In this document: positions 1-7,464 of the stretch, piece after piece | Layout of the letters: every line of letters starts with the position of its first letter | How positions within the stretch are numbered: position 1 is the first letter of the stretch | NCBI GenBank assembly: GCA_030549845.1 | Contig: JAUQQN010000001.1 | Span: 240,001-272,000 of the forward strand | From: Patescibacteria group bacterium | Lineage (GTDB): Bacteria; Patescibacteriota; Minisyncoccia; UBA6257; HR35 | Reading direction: 5' to 3' | DNA: 32,000 bases | Program-made: the position numbers and the translations under genes | Notes under the pieces: generated by a model | What the model was told of the DNA's origin: nothing | What the model saw: the letters and a program-made list of their open reading frames with translations, nothing else | Databases searched by the model: none

Positions 1-793
1 CATGTAAAATTTTTAATTTTTTAGCAATTTTAATCATTAAATCTTTTAGCTCATTAATAGAATAGATTTCTTTGTCATTACCAATATTAAAAGTTTCTTT
101 GCATTTATTTTTTATTAAATACTTTACCCCTAAAATAAATCCTTTAACTGTATCATCAATATAACAAAAAGCTCGTTTTTGATTCCCGTGTCCAAAAATT
201 GTGATAGGTTTTTTAAAAATAATTGAATATAAAAAACTTGCAAAAACACGCGATGGTTTTTTTAAATCTACACCGAACCCATATGTATTAAATATTCTAA
301 AAATAATAAAGGGTAAATTTGAAAGTCGTATAACATTTTCTTCTAAACATTTAACATGGGCATAATTCCACCTATTAGAAAATTCAAATACAAAAAAATC
401 ATCTTCTTTAAAACTTTTCTTCTTAAATATCCCTAACAAACCGTAAACATCAGAGCTTGATGAAAAAATTATAGGTTTATTATATTTCTGAGCAATCTTG
501 GTTAAAATTAAGGTATTTTTCAAATTCTGAATAACTTTTTTAAAATTTTTTATTGTTATATCAACTCCAACTATGCTTGCAAGATGAATAATTAAATCTA
601 CATTTTTGACTATATTTTCTAAAATATCCTTATTTATTTCTGAACGATATATTTTAATATTTGAATTCTTTTCCAATAATAAACCAGTTCCAGAAGAAAA
701 ATCATCTAGAATAAAAACAAAATTATTTTGAGATAATGCATTTGATAGATAACTTCCTATAAATCCTGCCCCTCCGGTTATAAGAATTTTCAT
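1..793 (-). CDS. NAD-dependent epimerase/dehydratase (SDR family), 5' part; gene runs off the window start
   Basis: ATG at 793-791. My minus-strand translation begins MKILITGGAGFIGSYLSNAL (GxxGxxG Rossmann motif) and the frame stays open to base 1. It is absent from the ORF track because no stop lies inside the window. Confidence 0.75.
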   Translation of the reverse strand, partial: MKILITGGAGFIGSYLSNALSQNNFVFILDDFSSGTGLLLEKNSNIKIYRSEINKDILENIVKNVDLIIHLASIVGVDITIKNFKKVIQNLKNTLILTKIAQKYNKPIIFSSSSDVYGLLGIFKKKSFKEDDFFVFEFSNRWNYAHVKCLEENVIRLSNLPFIIFRIFNTYGFGVDLKKPSRVFASFLYSIIFKKPITIFGHGNQKRAFCYIDDTVKGFILGVKYLIKNKCKETFNIGNDKEIYSINELKDLMIKIAKKLKILH

Positions 794-823
794 ATTGATA
801 AATTTTAACTTAAAATTTTTAAA

Positions 824-961
824 ATGAGTTTGCAAAATAGAGATTATTATAAAGAAAAATTAAAAGATATAGAAAGAGAGGAATCAAAAAGGAGCATTTT
901 TGTTATTGGAGTAGTCCTTTTAATAATTTTAGCCTTACTTTTAAGTTTGATAATATTTTAG
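824..961 (+). CDS. hypothetical 45-aa peptide with a C-terminal hydrophobic helix
   Basis: ATG 824 to TAG 959-961. Translation is MSLQNRDYYKEKLKDIEREESKRSIFVIGVVLLIILALLLSLIIF. It is below the ORF-track size cutoff and I recognise no homology. Confidence 0.25.
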   Translation: MSLQNRDYYKEKLKDIEREESKRSIFVIGVVLLIILALLLSLIIF

Positions 962-968
962 ATAAAAA

Positions 969-1463
969 TCAAATATTTCTATTAATTTCTATTGAATGTT
1001 CATTTAGTAATTGAATAATTCGTTTTATTAAGGAATCTTCATTTGGGAAATCTAAGTATTGAATTTCATCTTTATAAAATGTGCTTAATGCTAATATATG
1101 GTAAACAAGACATTGAGAATAAATATTAGGGAATTTTTCCCTTAAGTTATTAAATTCTTTACTAAATTTCTCAGTTAATTCAGGGCTTTTTTCTAAAATT
1201 CCATAAATTTTTGTTTTAAAATTCATTAATTCTTCAACAAACCTTTCGTATAACTCATCTTCTTTAAGCTTTTGAATTTTCTTTTTTTCATTTCCTATTA
1301 TTTGTTCATTATCTTTTAAATTAAACTCTAAAATAACTAACAAAAGATTTCTTATATCTTCTTCGCTAATAAGGTTTTCCTTGATCAATCTCTTTACAAC
1401 ACTTTTTATTCCTTCCTTATTTGATGAGTTTATTAGTTTTTTGTTTTCTGGATGTTTTTTCAT
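969..1463 (-). CDS. hypothetical protein (K/E-rich, helical)
   Basis: ORF-track frame 969..1490 starts at TTG. I prefer the ATG at 1463 (MKKHPENKK...), which lies 7 nt downstream of a TGcTATAAT extended -10 (hexamer 1471-1476, minus strand). Confidence 0.5.
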   Translation of the reverse strand: MKKHPENKKLINSSNKEGIKSVVKRLIKENLISEEDIRNLLLVILEFNLKDNEQIIGNEKKKIQKLKEDELYERFVEELMNFKTKIYGILEKSPELTEKFSKEFNNLREKFPNIYSQCLVYHILALSTFYKDEIQYLDFPNEDSLIKRIIQLLNEHSIEINRNI

Positions 1464-1552
1464 TGCCTTAATTATAGCAAAATATAACAAAAATTACCAT
1501 AGTGTATTAATAAAATTTTGTTAAGTTTTAAAATTAACTCTTCTTTGTACTA

Positions 1553-1596
1553 TTTTATTTTCTAAATTTCTATAGAAAAATAGAAATTAAATTTTG
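1553..1596. promoter_or_regulatory. operator-like repeat copy A, centred on palindrome TTCTATAGAA (1568-1577)
   Basis: About 45 bp nearly identical to copy B. The 14-mer ATTTCTATAGAAAA is shared exactly (1566-1579 versus 1962-1975). It lies between the ArsR gene and the downstream hypothetical gene. Confidence 0.45.
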
Positions 1597-1623
1597 GACA
1601 GTAAATGTTTGACATTTTTTATT

Positions 1624-1911
1624 TTATTGGTTCTTAAAAAGTCCTTTATAAAATTCTTCAACTTGGGATAAAACTCTTAAACCTAGCTTTGTTATTTTAT
1701 AATTAACAATTAAGCCCTCTCTTTTTCTAGAGATCAATTGGGCCTTAACTAATCTTTCTAAATGAGGAATTACTGTTTTATAATTTTTCTCCAAAAAATC
1801 AGCTATACTTCCTGTATCTCTTTCACCTGAATTTTTAAGATAAATTAAAATTTTTAATCTAGTTTTATTCCCTAATGCTTTAAATAATGATTCCAATCTT
1901 TGCAAGTCCAT
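1624..1911 (-). CDS. ArsR/SmtB-family winged-helix transcriptional regulator
   Basis: 95 aa. LFKALGNKTRLKILIYL...SIADFLEKNYKTVIPHLERLVKAQLI matches the ArsR helix-turn-helix pattern. Confidence 0.75.
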   Translation of the reverse strand: MDLQRLESLFKALGNKTRLKILIYLKNSGERDTGSIADFLEKNYKTVIPHLERLVKAQLISRKREGLIVNYKITKLGLRVLSQVEEFYKGLFKNQ

Positions 1912-1944
1912 ATTGCATTAAAATTTTATTTTATTATAACAAAT

Positions 1945-1991
1945 CATTTTTATTTTTCTATATTTCTATAGAAAATTAGAAAATTAATTTT
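1945..1991. promoter_or_regulatory. operator-like repeat copy B, centred on palindrome TTCTATAGAA (1964-1973), upstream of the ArsR gene
   Basis: Same roughly 45-bp motif as copy A. It sits about 25 nt upstream of a TGtTATAAT extended -10 that precedes the ArsR start. Confidence 0.45.
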
Positions 1992-2025
1992 AAAAATAGT
2001 TTAGTAAATTAAATGTATTTAATGA

Positions 2026-3354
2026 TTAAATTGAGGAATAAATTTCTTTTAGGGCTTTGATTCCCTTAAAGAACATTTTTTCATCAAAGTTTTCATTAGG
2101 TGCATGGACATTGTCGTCAGGTAAAGTAAAACCAGTTAAAATTATTGGTTTTTTATATATTCTTTGTAAAACCTCAGCAGCTGGTATAGATCCACCAGCA
2201 CGATTAAAAACAACCTTATTTCTAAAAACTCTCTCTAGAGCATTTTTTGTTTTAACAATAAATTCATTATTCAATGGAGTATAAAATGGAGCTGCTGAAC
2301 CTAAAAGTTTTAATTCCCATTTTACTCCTTTTGGTATATTTTTTTTAATAAAATTCTTTACTAGTTTGATTATTTTCTCTGGTTTTTGATATTCAATTAA
2401 TCTAAAAGAAAATTTGACGGCTGCTTCTTTAGGAATAATTGTTTTTACTCCTTCCTGAGTGTAGCCAGATATTATTCCGTTTATATCCATTGAAGGATAA
2501 ATTTTTGGTGAAAGTGAAGGTTCTTTTTTATCCAATGGATGGATTAAGTAAAGCTTAGTTTCTTTTAAGATTTCTTTTTCTTTAATACTTGCCAATCTTA
2601 GTAGCTCTTTTTCTTTTTTATCAATTTTTCTAACATCTTCATAAAATCTAGGGATTAATATCTTTCCTGTTTTTAAATCTTTCATTTTTGAAAATAAATC
2701 TGCTAAAAATTGAACTGGATTTAAAGCTAAATTTCCATAGCTCCCTGAATGTAAATCATATTCTCCAACCTTTATTTTTAATTCAAAATAAACAATACCT
2801 CTTAAAGCATAATAAATTGTTGGTACATTCTTTTTAATCATCCCAACATCCGTTAAATAAAAAACATCAACCTTTGATAAAACATTTTTTGCTTTTTTAA
2901 CATATTCTTCAAAATGAGAACTTGCTGATTCTTCTTCACCTTCAACCAGAAAAACAATATTATTTTTTAATTTATTTTCTTTAATCAATTCTTCAATTGC
3001 AAAAATATTTTGAACAATATGTCCTTTATTATCAGCAATTCCTCGACCATAAATTTTTCCATCTTTCAAAGTTAATTTAAATGGTGGTGTTTTCCATTCA
3101 TTAATTGGTTCTTCTGGTTGAACATCATAATGGCCATATATCCCGATTGTTTTTTTACCACCAATAAATCTATGAGCTAAAACCAAGGGTGGAGAGCTTT
3201 TTTCTTGAATTAATTTAACTTTAAAACCAAGAGATGAAAATTTATTTTTCAAAAATTCTGCAGCTTTTAAAATATCATTAAACCTTTCTTTTTGTGTTGA
3301 AACAGAGGGGATTGAAATAAAATCAGTTAAAAAGTTTAAAATTTCATTTTTCAT
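2026..3354 (-). CDS. M20-family dipeptidase (CNDP/Dug1-like M20 subfamily pattern)
   Basis: 442 aa. GHYDVQPEEPINEWKTPPFKLTLKDGKIYGRGIADNKG matches the metal-binding/dimerisation signature of M20 dipeptidases. Confidence 0.8.
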   Translation of the reverse strand: MKNEILNFLTDFISIPSVSTQKERFNDILKAAEFLKNKFSSLGFKVKLIQEKSSPPLVLAHRFIGGKKTIGIYGHYDVQPEEPINEWKTPPFKLTLKDGKIYGRGIADNKGHIVQNIFAIEELIKENKLKNNIVFLVEGEEESASSHFEEYVKKAKNVLSKVDVFYLTDVGMIKKNVPTIYYALRGIVYFELKIKVGEYDLHSGSYGNLALNPVQFLADLFSKMKDLKTGKILIPRFYEDVRKIDKKEKELLRLASIKEKEILKETKLYLIHPLDKKEPSLSPKIYPSMDINGIISGYTQEGVKTIIPKEAAVKFSFRLIEYQKPEKIIKLVKNFIKKNIPKGVKWELKLLGSAAPFYTPLNNEFIVKTKNALERVFRNKVVFNRAGGSIPAAEVLQRIYKKPIILTGFTLPDDNVHAPNENFDEKMFFKGIKALKEIYSSI

Positions 3355-3372
3355 AGAAAAATTATACTATTT

Positions 3373-4458
3373 TTACTTAGCAATTTGTACAACAAATTCT
3401 TTTAAGACTAAATAAAACTTATTTAAATCTTCTTTATCTATCCATTCTTTATCTGAATGATGACCTCCACCTTTAGGTCTAATTAGAATAACAGGTATAT
3501 TTTTTTCTTTAAAAAATCTAGCATCACTTGAACCATGCGAAAAGGCATAGCCTGTTTCGATTTTGAATTTCTCTTTCGCTATTTTTGAAAATAATTTTAA
3601 ATAATAATTATTTCTTTCAACTTCATAAGGAGACCCTTCTACTAAATTTTCTATTTTTATTTTTCTAAATTTTTTTAACAAATTTTTAATTCTCTTAAGG
3701 ATTTTATTTCTCTGCTTAAGATCAATATACCTTATATCAATAAAAGCTTCTGCATAATTTGAAACTTGATTTGTTGCTTCTCCTCCTATAATTTTTCCTA
3801 TGTTTAATGTATTATGCCAATGGATTTTGTTTTTGCATGGTTCTTTAGGAAAAATTTTTGCAAGATTATTCAAAAATCTTAAAAGGTTTTCAATTGCTCC
3901 TTCTCCTTCCCAAGGTCTTGAACCATGTGCTGATTTGCCGTAGCTTTTAACTTTTAAATGCCAAACACCCTTGGCTTTGATTTCGAAATTCCAATTTTGA
4001 CCTCCATCTGGCAGAAAACAGATTTTACAAGAATAACCTTTATCTAAGATGGCTTTAGTTCCTTTAAACCCACCAATTTCTTCATCAGTTGTTATCATTA
4101 TTCCTAAATCATATTTTTTTAAATCTTGATTTAGTTCTTTTAGAAGCTGTAAATAACAAGCAATAGCAAATTTCATATCATATACTCCTCTCCCCAAAAT
4201 TTTCTTTTTTTCAATTTTTAATTTAAAAAGTTCTTCTGGTCCTGGTACTACATCAAGATGGGCAGATAATAATAATTTCGGCTTTTTTGTTTTGTGAGCA
4301 GTAATAAATAAAGATGGGTAATTATCAAAATTAAATTCTTTTATAAATACAGGTAATTTGTTAATTTCTTCTTTTATCCAATTAATTGCTTTCTTATTCT
4401 CTTCTTTGTTTTGGGGAATTGTTTTAAAAGAAATTAATTTTTGTAAAATTTCTAACAT
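3373..4458 (-). CDS. M20-family peptidase/deacylase (ArgE/DapE-like)
   Basis: Motifs SAHLDVVPG, GRGVYDMKFA and TTDEEIGG. I chose the ATG at 4458 (MLEILQKLISFKT) because the longer track ORF runs upstream through the neighbour's terminator hairpin. Confidence 0.75.
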   Translation of the reverse strand: MLEILQKLISFKTIPQNKEENKKAINWIKEEINKLPVFIKEFNFDNYPSLFITAHKTKKPKLLLSAHLDVVPGPEELFKLKIEKKKILGRGVYDMKFAIACYLQLLKELNQDLKKYDLGIMITTDEEIGGFKGTKAILDKGYSCKICFLPDGGQNWNFEIKAKGVWHLKVKSYGKSAHGSRPWEGEGAIENLLRFLNNLAKIFPKEPCKNKIHWHNTLNIGKIIGGEATNQVSNYAEAFIDIRYIDLKQRNKILKRIKNLLKKFRKIKIENLVEGSPYEVERNNYYLKLFSKIAKEKFKIETGYAFSHGSSDARFFKEKNIPVILIRPKGGGHHSDKEWIDKEDLNKFYLVLKEFVVQIAK

Positions 4459-4545
4459 GATTAAGTTATGTTTTTTCTCTATTATAGACCCTTCACGACA
4501 AAAGTTGGATTCTTTGTCTTTATAAAAAATTTTAACCAAAAATAA

Positions 4546-4572
4546 GGGGCGTGGAGTTCTTAACACGCCCCC
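4546..4572 (-). terminator. intrinsic terminator of the GC-rich ligase gene
   Basis: Stem GGGGCGTG (4546-4553) pairs with CACGCCCC (4565-4572). On the minus strand it is followed by TTATTTTTGG, 14 nt after the stop at 4586. Confidence 0.55.
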
Positions 4573-4585
4573 GACTTTCTTGGAT

Positions 4586-5434
4586 TTAGTGGGTCTTCCT
4601 CTTCTCTACAAAAACACGCATCACCTCCTTTATTATTTCTTGTATCCCGTATAGAGAGGTGGAGTCAAATACCCGAATTTCGATTGTTCCTAGACTCCAC
4701 CTCGGCCGGCACCACCACCATACACATCCTTCACTCACTAAATCACCAGGCTGGGAGGGACTCTTTAGATCCACCTCCCAGCCGTTTTCTTTTTTTCTGA
4801 TAAGGCGTGGGATAGAGCGGAAATGATTCACTACATCCTCCCATGTCTGAAACCGAGACCATTGTCCTGGCTGGGCTGGTGCCCTCCTAGGATCACACCA
4901 GCCCCACCAACATCTCGCTCTGTTCTTGCTGGCATACTCCGTAAAGTTAATGTTGAAATGATTTAACAACGTCAGCCCTTCCCACGACTGTAATAAACCG
5001 GGGAAAGAAATATGGACGTGAACAGAAGAAACTAGGGCCATCCGCAGAACTCCCCACCACCTCCTACCCACCTCTTTCTCAAGGGCCCTCCAAAGAATCC
5101 TATAGCGATCCTTTGGGGCCCAGAATTTCCGAATTTCATGCAGCTTCAAATTAATTAAGTTGGCATCAACTGGTACGAAGTGGATATCCACCTCGCCCAG
5201 CCTTTTTCTGGTCTCTTTTAAGACCAGAAAGTACTTCTCACTAAGTTCCTCCCAACTGGAGGAAGGATATATAGCCCACTCAATCTGGTGCCTGCCGGCA
5301 TCAGTTTTGATGATGCCGGCTCCAGCAACCTCTAGACCCTCGCCTACAGCTTCCCATACGTCCACGGGCTCGCCATTTTTATAGACGAACCCCTCCACTT
5401 CAATCCCTACAGTTAACTCTTTCGGCCACTTCAT
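4586..5434 (-). CDS. carboxylate-amine ligase, GCS2/YbdK (glutamate-cysteine ligase family 2)-like; short and Trp-rich
   Basis: 282 aa. The motif order GIEVEGF ... SVHVHISF ... RPRWSLGTIEIRVFDS parallels the E. coli YbdK motifs GIELEMQ / QHVHVG / RPSPHFGTVEVRVMDT (recalled from memory). A perfect SD GGAGGTGA (5441-5448) lies 6 nt before the ATG. There are 19 Trp in 282 residues. Confidence 0.6.
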   Translation of the reverse strand: MKWPKELTVGIEVEGFVYKNGEPVDVWEAVGEGLEVAGAGIIKTDAGRHQIEWAIYPSSSWEELSEKYFLVLKETRKRLGEVDIHFVPVDANLINLKLHEIRKFWAPKDRYRILWRALEKEVGRRWWGVLRMALVSSVHVHISFPGLLQSWEGLTLLNHFNINFTEYASKNRARCWWGWCDPRRAPAQPGQWSRFQTWEDVVNHFRSIPRLIRKKENGWEVDLKSPSQPGDLVSEGCVWWWCRPRWSLGTIEIRVFDSTSLYGIQEIIKEVMRVFVEKRKTH

Positions 5435-5460
5435 TTTAACTCACCTCCGTTTAGGGTTCT

Positions 5461-5602
5461 TTTTAAAATTAAAAGGGCCGGGTTGGCCCCGGCTGAAGTG
5501 ATATAAAATTTTTATTTTTAAACTAAATCACCTCAGCCGGAGCACCTCGGCCCAAAATAACAAACAAAACAACTGAATTTCTTTTTGTAAGCATTGTTTG
5601 TA
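5461..5602 (-). promoter_or_regulatory. structured GC-rich leader E1: mini-ORF, 14-bp hairpin and overlapping terminator-like hairpin with T-tract
   Basis: Long hairpin 5489-5502 / 5527-5540 with one G.U pair. GC hairpin within 5475-5493, followed on the minus strand by TTTTAATTTT. A 23-codon ORF spans 5594..5523. See findings. Confidence 0.4.
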
Positions 5603-5608
5603 AATAAT

Positions 5609-5637
5609 ACTATAATCAACAAATTTATTTTTGTCAA
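5609..5637 (-). promoter_or_regulatory. sigma70-type promoter for leader E1 and the ligase gene
   Basis: Minus strand reads TTGACA (5632-5637), a 17-nt spacer, then TATAGT (5609-5614). Confidence 0.45.
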
Positions 5638-5663
5638 GGGTTTATGAAATATTTTTAACAAAT

Positions 5664-6287
5664 TTAAATAAGTGTAAGTGATTTTAAATAATTTTCTTCT
5701 ATTTTATCCCAATTTACAACATTCCACCAAGCTTGAATATATTCATTTCTTCGATTTTGATATTTCAAATAATATGCATGTTCCCAGACATCTAAACCCA
5801 TAATCGGCAAATCTCCATTCATTAAAGGATTATCTTGATTTGAAAGTGAATAAACTTTTAATTTTTTATCTGGAGTTAAAACAAACCAGGCCCAACCTGA
5901 ACCAAAATGTTTTAAGGCTGTTTCGGAAAATAAATTTTTAAAATTTTCAAATGAACCAAATGCTTCATTAATTGCTTTCAAAATTTCTCCTTGTGGCTGA
6001 CTCCCTCCTGGTTTCATAATCTCCCAAAAAAGAGTGTGATTGGCGTGACCGCCGCCATTATTTCTTACGGTTGTTCTTATTTCTTCTGGCAACTGATTTA
6101 AATTCTTTAAAATTTCTTCTAATTCTAAATTATGAAATTCTGGGTATTTTTCTAAGGCTGAATTTAGATTATTAACATAACCTTGATGATGCTTAGTGTG
6201 ATGAATTTCCATTGTCATTTTATCAATATAAGGCTCCAAGGCATCATAGGGATATGTAAGTGGCGGTAACTCATACGGATATTTCAT
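5664..6287 (-). CDS. sod: Fe/Mn superoxide dismutase
   Basis: 207 aa. Contains [14 protein letters not shown] and [15 protein letters not shown], the metal-ligand motifs of the Fe/Mn SOD family. Confidence 0.9.
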   Translation of the reverse strand: MKYPYELPPLTYPYDALEPYIDKMTMEIHHTKHHQGYVNNLNSALEKYPEFHNLELEEILKNLNQLPEEIRTTVRNNGGGHANHTLFWEIMKPGGSQPQGEILKAINEAFGSFENFKNLFSETALKHFGSGWAWFVLTPDKKLKVYSLSNQDNPLMNGDLPIMGLDVWEHAYYLKYQNRRNEYIQAWWNVVNWDKIEENYLKSLTLI

Positions 6288-6308
6288 TTTTAAAAAAATA
6301 AATTAATT

Positions 6309-6817
6309 TTAATCGAATTTTTCAGAGTAGTATTTTAACTCATCAAACATACTTAACAAAAATTCTCTATAAGTTTCCTTTTCTTTCTCAAAATTCTGAA
6401 CATTAGAAAAATAAACAGCATTTCTTAAGGGAATCATCGAAAGTTCAATACATACTAATCTTAATTGTTCAACCATTCTTGCGCCACCTAATTGACCAAT
6501 AGAAACTCCACAAATACCAACTGGTTTATGAGCATATTCTTCATAAAAATTATCAAGCAAAAGTTTTAATTCCCCTGGAAAAGAATGATTATATTCTGGA
6601 GAAACTATAATGAAACCATTTGCTCTTTTAAAAATATCTGAAAGTTTTTTTCTTTTTACTTCATCCATTTCACCAGTAAAAGGAGAATCTAACCAATCTC
6701 GGGGTTTAATTAACTCAACTTCAAAACCATAATTTTTGCTTCTTCAAAAACAAATTCAGCAATTTTTTCTGAATTAGCTCCTCTTCTTCCTGTGCCAAGT
6801 ATGATTGGAATGTACAT
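6309..6817 (-). pseudogene. NAD(P)H-dependent FMN reductase split by a 1-nt frameshift in an A5 run
   Basis: The N-terminal frame is ATG 6817 to TAA 6710-6712 (MYIPIILGTGRRGANSEKIAEFVFEEAK...). The C-terminal frame is open from 6743 and contains SPEYNHSFPG. Adding one A at 6733-6737 gives a continuous ...EEAKNYGFEVELIKPRDW... Confidence 0.7.
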
Positions 6818-7056
6818 AAAAATATTATAAATGAAATTTTTTTGAGTTGAGGAACTAAAAATTAATTCTTACCATAAAATTCTATTTCTAAAAATACATT
6901 CTAGATTCTAAGGTCAATGATTCCCAAGTAGAGGAAATTGTAAAAGTAAAATTTTAGACTTAAGTTTTATTTTTCTTGAATTCTTAAGAAAATAAGAAAA
7001 GTAAATAAGAATTAGGGATTTTATTTGTCTTTCAATTTTAGGCCTAGAATAAAAAT

Positions 7057-7142
7057 TGGCGGAGGGGGTGGGATTCGAACCCACACGGGCTTTAAACCCA
7101 ATGGCTTTCGAGGCCATCCCATTTCCATTCTGGCACCCCTCC
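7057..7142 (-). tRNA. tRNA-Ser (anticodon CGA), CCA encoded
   Basis: Reverse complement is GGAGGGG...ATGGC-CTCGAAA-GCCAT, then a long variable arm, GTGGGTTCGAATCCCAC, CCCCTCC, G and CCA. Confidence 0.9.
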
Positions 7143-7158
7143 TTATTTAATAATTTTA

Positions 7159-7464
7159 TCACTTAGAAAGGAATTTGTAAATCTCATAAAATAAACTAGC
7201 TAAAAAACTTTTTATTTTTATCCAAATTTCAATTATATTTATCCCAAAAATGTTTTCGATTGTTTGTGGTATTTGAGAAAGGTCTATACCTAACGTATCT
7301 TTTAAAAATAAATTAAATTTTATCCAACCAAGTTTTAATGTATTTAAAAAAATATCTATATTAAAGTAAGGTTTTAACCAATTCCAAAAATTTTGTGGTA
7401 GAGCTGCAAATATCAATAAAACTATGATGACTAAAGCAATTAATCTAACTAATCTGAATATCAT
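7159..7464 (-). CDS. hypothetical small membrane protein
   Basis: 101 aa with a hydrophobic N-terminal helix (LIALVIIVLLIFAAL). Its start overlaps the gltX 3' end by 20 nt. Confidence 0.45.
   Translation of the reverse strand: MIFRLVRLIALVIIVLLIFAALPQNFWNWLKPYFNIDIFLNTLKLGWIKFNLFLKDTLGIDLSQIPQTIENIFGINIIEIWIKIKSFLASLFYEIYKFLSK

Noticed and set aside
4586-5434. Considered that the GC-rich block is a large structured non-coding RNA, since every other GC-rich patch in this window is an RNA gene.
   Set aside because: A 282-codon uninterrupted frame is very unlikely by chance at this composition; the 2.9-kb 23S yields at most 93 codons. The frame also has a perfect SD plus ATG and three ordered GCS2-family motifs.
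6914-7162. 82-aa ORF on the minus strand.
   Set aside because: It reads straight through tRNA-Ser (7057-7142), and the rest is low-complexity AT-rich sequence.
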